DNA of 64,000 nucleotides from Myxococcota bacterium (GTDB lineage Bacteria; Myxococcota_A; Polyangia; Polyangiales; Houyiibacteriaceae): NCBI GenBank assembly GCA_039028875.1, contig JBCCHE010000002.1, positions 5,212 to 69,211 of the forward strand, read 5' to 3'. Shown piece by piece: positions 59,564 to 64,000 of this stretch (position 1 is its first letter; each line of letters starts with the position of its first letter). The notes under the pieces were generated by a model. It saw only the letters and a program-made list of their open reading frames with translations, ran no database searches and was not told where the DNA came from. The position numbers and the translations under genes were made by a program.

Positions 59564-62500
59564 ATGAGGGAGTTTGGCCACCATTGGGTTAGAGGGGGCG
59601 CAGTCGTCACGGGGCTGCTCGCGGCGTTGGCGATCACAGCCAGTACGGGGCACGCGCAGTCCGTCACGCCAGAAGAGCCGAGCCCTCTCGAGGTGCTCAA
59701 GACGGAAATCACGGAGACGAAGGCGAGTCTCGAGGATTGGCGTAAGAAGGCCGCGCAGTACGACCAAGCTTCAGCGCGGGCGCCAAGCCGTGCGGAGGAG
59801 CTCGAGCGAGACATTGCGGCCTTCGAGGCCGGCAAAGCCGTGGAAGTCCCGGAAGGCGCGACGGTCGATGAGCTCGACGACACGCTCGAAGCGGCAGAAA
59901 GTGACCTATCCGAAGCGAGGCGCCATCTCCTAGCCGTCGAAGAGGAGATCTCCCAACGTGCGGAACGAAGACGCGCCCTGCCCGACCTTCTTGAAGGCGC
60001 AAAGCAGCGCCTCACCGAATGGGAAGCCAGCCCGCCGCTCTCGAGCGACAATGCCGAGCTCGACAACGCACGCCAAGAGCTTAGACCGCTACGCGTTGAG
60101 GCCCTCCAGGCTGAGATCGCCGCGTACGAGGCTGAGCGCGAAAGCTACGAGACACGCGGCCGACTTCTCGGCCTGGAGCGCGACCTCACGGTTCTCGAGA
60201 TCGCATACCTCGAGGAGCTGACCGTCGCGCTACGCGCAGCGCTCAAGGACGAACAACAAGAAGCGGTCGAAGCTGCCATCGACGAGGCCCGCAGCCTGCT
60301 CGACTCGCTTTCGGCGGCACCCAAAGAAGTGCAGCAGCTGGTCACGGAAGTGGTCGACGAGAACCGGGAACTCGCCGATCGGTGGACGGGCGAGGCCGGG
60401 GTGGCGAACCGCATCACTGACGTCAGCGAAAAGCTCATGCGCGCTGAGGCGCAGATCAACGACGTCGACGGGGCCCTACGGAACCTTCGGCAGCAGATCG
60501 CGGCCGTCGGGCTCGTGGATTCGGTCGGGCTGATGCTGCGCCGCCAGCGTGAGGAGGCGCCCGACGTCGGCATGTACCGTCGGTTCATTCGCATGCGCCA
60601 GCCCGAGATCGGCCAGGTCCAGCTGGCTCAAATCCAACTGCGCGAGCGACGGCAGCAGCTTTCCGACATCGAAGGCAAGGTGTCGAAGGTCATGGAAGAG
60701 GCCTCCGCGTCCCTACCAGAGGCGAAACGCCCGGAAGTCCAGCGCGCCCTTCGCGAGCTCCTCGACACCCAGCGAGGCTACCTCGATGAGCTCATCGATG
60801 ACTATGAAACCTATTTCGAGAAGCTCGTCGACTTTGACGCTCGGCAGCGCGAGCTGATCGAACGAACCCAGAAACTCACGAGTTTCATCGATGCGCGGGT
60901 CTTGTGGGTGCCGAGCGGCCGACCGATCGGCGCACAGATGCTCACCAACGGAAGGGACGGCGTGGCGTGGCTGACGTTGCCACGCTACCGAGGCCAACTG
61001 ATTCGCGCCTCGCAAGACGTCTTCGCGCGAGACTTCTGGTGGATGCTGCTGTTCGGGGTGGCCGCGCTCCTGATGCTGCTCGCGACACCCAAGATTCGGA
61101 GGCGCATCGACGCACTCGGAGAGCAGGTTCGGGGTCACACCACACGGTTTTCGCCAACCGCCGCCGCTGTGGGTCTTTCGGTCTTGCTCGTGCCCTGGCT
61201 CCCCTTCTTTCTCATGGTGTTTGGTTGGAGACTCGAACGATCTCCGGAGGCCACGCACTACGTTCGGAGTATCGCACACGGCATCGTGGCGTCGGGGGTT
61301 TTCTGGCTCAGCCTCCGTTTCGTTTCGGAGATGCTCCGGAGCGGCGGCGTGGCGGAAGCCCATGCACGTTTTCCCAAAGCATGCGTGGTGTCTCTGCGGC
61401 GCGCGCTCATCTGGTTCGGTCTGGTCACCATCCCTGCGGTGTTCATCATGTTCGTCTTCGAGGCCCATGGGGAGGACCCATGGAGCGAATCGATCGGACG
61501 TCTCGCGTTCATCGCATCGATGATCACGGCAGCCGCATTCACCGGTTTGGCGGTGCGATCGGGCGGACCCGTCGTATCGCTCTACAAGCTCGACCAGCTT
61601 CCGCCCAACCGCCGACGTTGGTGGCTTGTCGCGCGTGTCGCAGCGATACTGGTACCTCTGGCCCTACTCGGGGCAGCAGCCGGCGGATACTACTGGACCG
61701 CCCTCCAGCTGGCCTTCCGCTACCACCTCACGCTCCTGTTTCTCTTCTCGGCCCAGCTGATCTTCAACCTCTCGATGCAGTGGGCGCTCGTCGCGCGGCG
61801 GCGGGTTGCGCGAGAGCAGATGAAGCCGAGGGACGACGACGATGAGGAAGAGGAGAAGGTCGACCTGGTCTCCGTCGAGGCCCAAACCAGGCGTCTCATT
61901 CGCGGGAGCGTCTTGCTGGTCGCGGTCGTGGGTGTTCTCCTGGTGTGGGCAGAGATCCTTCCTGCGGTGGGGATTCTCCAACACGTCGAGCTTTGGAACA
62001 CGACCCAAACGGTCACGCTTAGCGTCGAGGATGCCGCCGGCGTTGCCCGGGAAACGAGCGAGACTCGCTTGGTCCCGGTCACACTCGCCGACCTGTTCGG
62101 CGCGTTCCTCATCGGCATGATCGCACTCGCACTCGTTCGCAACCTTCCAGGTCTGCTGGAAGTCTCCGTCTTTCGGCGCTTCACCGCAGGTGAACGGTAC
62201 GCCTACTCGACCCTGATCAAGTACGCAATCGCGATCGCGGGGATCGCGATGGCGATGAGCACGATCGGGATCGGGTGGTCCAGCATTCAGTGGCTCGTTG
62301 CCGCGGTCGGCGTCGGGCTCGGGTTCGGGCTTCAAGAGATCTTCGCGAACTTCATCTCGGGCCTCATCATCCTGTTCGAACGCCCGATCCGCGTGGGCGA
62401 CACAGTCACCGTGGGTCAGATCAGCGGGACCGTGACGAAGATTCGGACCCGCGCAACCTGGATTACGGGCTTCGACCGCCGCGAGTTGGTCGTTCCGAAC

Positions 62501-62881
62501 AAGGAGTTCGTCACCCAACAGCTCATCAACTGGTCGCTGTCCGACAGCGTGCTTAGGGTCGAGATCGAGGTGGGTATCGCGTACGGGTCCGACACCGAAA
62601 GAGCCGTCGAGGTGCTGCGGCGAGTTGCCGTCGAGCACCCGGCGGTGCTGCGAGACCCACCCCCGCAAGTCCTTTTCCTTGGGTTCGGCGACAGCAGCCT
62701 GTCGTTCGAGCTGCGGGTGTTCCTGCCGGACGCGCGCGATTTCATCCAATCGAAGCACGAACTCCACATGGCCGTCGACGCGGCCTTCCGAGAAGCAGAG
62801 ATCGAGATCGCCTTCCCCCAACGAGACCTCCACGTGCGGTCGCTTCCCGCGAAGCTTCAGCCCGCTGAGGACGCGGACTGA
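59564..62881 (+). CDS. Large MscK/MscM-type mechanosensitive channel
   Basis: Internal ATG at 59564. It has a signal peptide, a ~450-aa coiled-coil periplasmic region, about 11 TM helices and an MscS core: GVGLGFGLQEIFANFISGLIILFERPIRVGDTVTVGQISGTVTKIRTRATWI...ELVVPNKEF. Confidence 0.88.
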   Translation: MREFGHHWVRGGAVVTGLLAALAITASTGHAQSVTPEEPSPLEVLKTEITETKASLEDWRKKAAQYDQASARAPSRAEELERDIAAFEAGKAVEVPEGATVDELDDTLEAAESDLSEARRHLLAVEEEISQRAERRRALPDLLEGAKQRLTEWEASPPLSSDNAELDNARQELRPLRVEALQAEIAAYEAERESYETRGRLLGLERDLTVLEIAYLEELTVALRAALKDEQQEAVEAAIDEARSLLDSLSAAPKEVQQLVTEVVDENRELADRWTGEAGVANRITDVSEKLMRAEAQINDVDGALRNLRQQIAAVGLVDSVGLMLRRQREEAPDVGMYRRFIRMRQPEIGQVQLAQIQLRERRQQLSDIEGKVSKVMEEASASLPEAKRPEVQRALRELLDTQRGYLDELIDDYETYFEKLVDFDARQRELIERTQKLTSFIDARVLWVPSGRPIGAQMLTNGRDGVAWLTLPRYRGQLIRASQDVFARDFWWMLLFGVAALLMLLATPKIRRRIDALGEQVRGHTTRFSPTAAAVGLSVLLVPWLPFFLMVFGWRLERSPEATHYVRSIAHGIVASGVFWLSLRFVSEMLRSGGVAEAHARFPKACVVSLRRALIWFGLVTIPAVFIMFVFEAHGEDPWSESIGRLAFIASMITAAAFTGLAVRSGGPVVSLYKLDQLPPNRRRWWLVARVAAILVPLALLGAAAGGYYWTALQLAFRYHLTLLFLFSAQLIFNLSMQWALVARRRVAREQMKPRDDDDEEEEKVDLVSVEAQTRRLIRGSVLLVAVVGVLLVWAEILPAVGILQHVELWNTTQTVTLSVEDAAGVARETSETRLVPVTLADLFGAFLIGMIALALVRNLPGLLEVSVFRRFTAGERYAYSTLIKYAIAIAGIAMAMSTIGIGWSSIQWLVAAVGVGLGFGLQEIFANFISGLIILFERPIRVGDTVTVGQISGTVTKIRTRATWITGFDRRELVVPNKEFVTQQLINWSLSDSVLRVEIEVGIAYGSDTERAVEVLRRVAVEHPAVLRDPPPQVLFLGFGDSSLSFELRVFLPDARDFIQSKHELHMAVDAAFREAEIEIAFPQRDLHVRSLPAKLQPAEDAD

Positions 62882-62920
62882 AGTTTGGCTACGAACGCGA
62901 GGGGCCGTCGAGAACTGACG

Positions 62921-63520
62921 CTAGCCGAACAGCGCGATCTTTGCGATCGCGAGTGAGTTCTTGATCTTCTCGATTCGGGTCGGTTCGTCGCGAAGCTTCT
63001 CGTGGCCAGGCATGAGCTTGCCCATCGCTTGCGTGTGCATCTTCTCGCGAACGGTGGCGTTGAGGTGTCCCGCTCCGGCGAGTTCGAAGAACAACGACTT
63101 CACGTTGGCGAGGTCGAAGAAGTCCCGCTGCCAACTCCACTTGAAATCGCCGGCGTACTTGAACCAAGAGCCGCCGACCCCGGCAACCTCGTAAGGGGTT
63201 CCGTCGGGGCGGCTGTAAGGGGCGAGCTGGCGCCAGAACCCTACGACCTGACCCTGCTTCTCGTCGATGAGAATGGTCTCGTAGGGGTAGTGCCAGTTCT
63301 CAAACCCCTTCATTTGGTAGCCGAGCGCAATCTCACGTATCTCGTCGAGGCCGCGGGCCCAAAACTCTTCGTTGGGCCCCATGTTCCACCGATAGACGGC
63401 GTTGTCTGTGTAGTGCGCGCCGAGATATGTACTCCAGTCGCCTTCACGCTCGGCGTTCTTGTTGGCTTCGAGCCATCGGTCCATCATCTCTTCGAGCTCT
63501 TCGCGCGGGAAAGCGGGCAT
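62921..63520 (-). CDS. SnoaL-like / NTF2-fold protein
   Basis: 199 aa. The N-terminal EELEEMMDRWLEANKNAEREGDWSTYLGAHYTDNAVYRW pattern is typical of NTF2-like polyketide-cyclase-fold proteins. The start is 12 nt downstream of the P450 stop. Confidence 0.5.
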   Translation of the reverse strand: MPAFPREELEEMMDRWLEANKNAEREGDWSTYLGAHYTDNAVYRWNMGPNEEFWARGLDEIREIALGYQMKGFENWHYPYETILIDEKQGQVVGFWRQLAPYSRPDGTPYEVAGVGGSWFKYAGDFKWSWQRDFFDLANVKSLFFELAGAGHLNATVREKMHTQAMGKLMPGHEKLRDEPTRIEKIKNSLAIAKIALFG

Positions 63521-63532
63521 GGTGGTTCTCCT

Positions 63533-64000
63533 TCAGCGCCGCTTCTTGTAGCGAACGTGAATCGGTGGTTTGGGGCCAAGGACGACCCGTCCGAAGTCGG
63601 TCTCGATCGGGTCACCCGTGAGCTCGAAATCGTAGTGATTGAGCAGGACCGCCAGGATGACCTTCATCTGTAGAAGCGCGAACGCGCTGCCCAGGCATCG
63701 GTGGCGGCCGCCGCCGAACGAGACGTAGGCGAACGGCCGCCGGTCTTCCTGACGATCCGGTCCGCACCGGTCGGGGTCGTAGCGAAGCGCTTCCTTGAAG
63801 ACCGCCTCTTCGCGGTGCGCCACGATCGGCGACACACACACCCAGTCACCCTTCTTCACGCGATGGCCGTGGACCTCGCAGTCTTCCATGGCGGTCCGAA
63901 ACAACATAAAGAGGGGCGGATGCAGCCGAAGCGCCTCCTTGATGGCCCACTCGGTGCGCTCTACATCTCTCATCGCAGCGAACGAGTAAGACTCGCCCTC
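63533..64000 (-). CDS. Cytochrome P450, C-terminal part (N-terminus lies outside the window)
   Basis: EALRLHPP (K-helix ExxR), the heme loop FGGGRHRCLGSAFA, and in-frame coding continues to the window edge. Confidence 0.9.
   Translation of the reverse strand, partial: EGESYSFAAMRDVERTEWAIKEALRLHPPLFMLFRTAMEDCEVHGHRVKKGDWVCVSPIVAHREEAVFKEALRYDPDRCGPDRQEDRRPFAYVSFGGGRHRCLGSAFALLQMKVILAVLLNHYDFELTGDPIETDFGRVVLGPKPPIHVRYKKRR

Noticed and set aside
61664-62833. 389-aa ORF antisense to the mechanosensitive channel gene, plus similar long antisense ORFs at 9793-10722, 24288-25181, 25911-26885, 12977-13975 and 22256-22864
   Set aside because: Each one overlaps a strongly supported gene on the other strand (MscS core, lipoprotein P1, MFP, RND, amidohydrolase, kinase) and shows GC3-driven Arg/Gly/Asp-rich composition without motifs.
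1-64000. Search for mobile elements, phage or defence systems (transposases, integrases, restriction-modification, toxin-antitoxin, CRISPR-Cas), tRNA and rRNA genes
   Set aside because: I recognised no DDE or tyrosine recombinase motifs, Cas-like proteins, nuclease/methylase pairs, cloverleaf-like tRNA sequences or rRNA segments. The methyltransferase at 7895 is a small-molecule-type class I enzyme without a partner nuclease. This absence is judged by eye only; tRNAscan, Infernal and defence-finder runs would be needed to be certain.

Overview
The window is a GC-rich chromosomal segment, roughly two-thirds G+C by eye (not computed). It is densely packed with about 55 protein-coding genes. I recognised no rRNA, tRNA, CRISPR array, transposase, integrase or phage genes. 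Cys-rich secreted lipoproteins, many GCGD lipoboxes and eukaryote-like domains suggest Myxococcota or a similar lineage; this is inference only. All domain calls come from motifs read in the supplied translations or in my own translations. No database search was run.

Modules, in order:
- 1-6304: a metal-homeostasis island. It holds a COG0523 GTPase, a Fur/Zur-like regulator, a MerC-like membrane protein, a metallophosphoesterase coupled to a FeoB-like transporter, dcd, and a 25% His protein with an ArsR/SmtB regulator.
- 6377-17895: several small TetR-controlled enzyme units, plus a TetR / hydrolase / amidohydrolase operon that ends in two paralogous lipoproteins.
- 18022-21832: a Cys-rich repeat lipoprotein and a PepSY membrane protein pair.
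- 22040-33930: a co-directional block with a LytS-type kinase, a LytTR response regulator, an RND tripartite efflux pump, a membrane-tethered LytTR protein, and two more lipoproteins of the same family.
- 34012-36248: a TetR-SDR operon and bacterioferritin.
- 36331-46357: a divergent cluster rich in metazoan-type extracellular domains. It encodes a 1278-aa Big_2 / acidic-repeat / VWD(GDPH) / LamG lipoprotein, a beta-barrel outer membrane protein, a dual-specificity phosphatase, a cytochrome c-DM13 fusion, an ECF sigma factor with an NrsF anti-sigma, and a Spondin_N-CHRD protein.
- 46549-56275: a phenolic/aromatic catabolic operon with a FadL-type channel and a TetR regulator.
- 56612-64000: a transporter-like membrane protein, a crotonase, an MscK-type channel, a SnoaL-like protein and a partial P450.

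The most interesting signals I found by eye:
- 21-bp-phased direct repeats sharing the core A(C/A)CGCTCG(C/T)CG lie in three promoter regions of the LytTR block. The LytTR block also shows duplicated use of one sensor domain and one LytTR domain.
- A four-member uncharacterised lipoprotein family occurs as two tandem pairs.
- The VWD/GDPH giant lipoprotein carries a perfect 5 x 18-nt coding repeat.
- AT-rich ACTTAT-N6-ATAAGT inverted repeats sit at three promoters around the aromatic operon.
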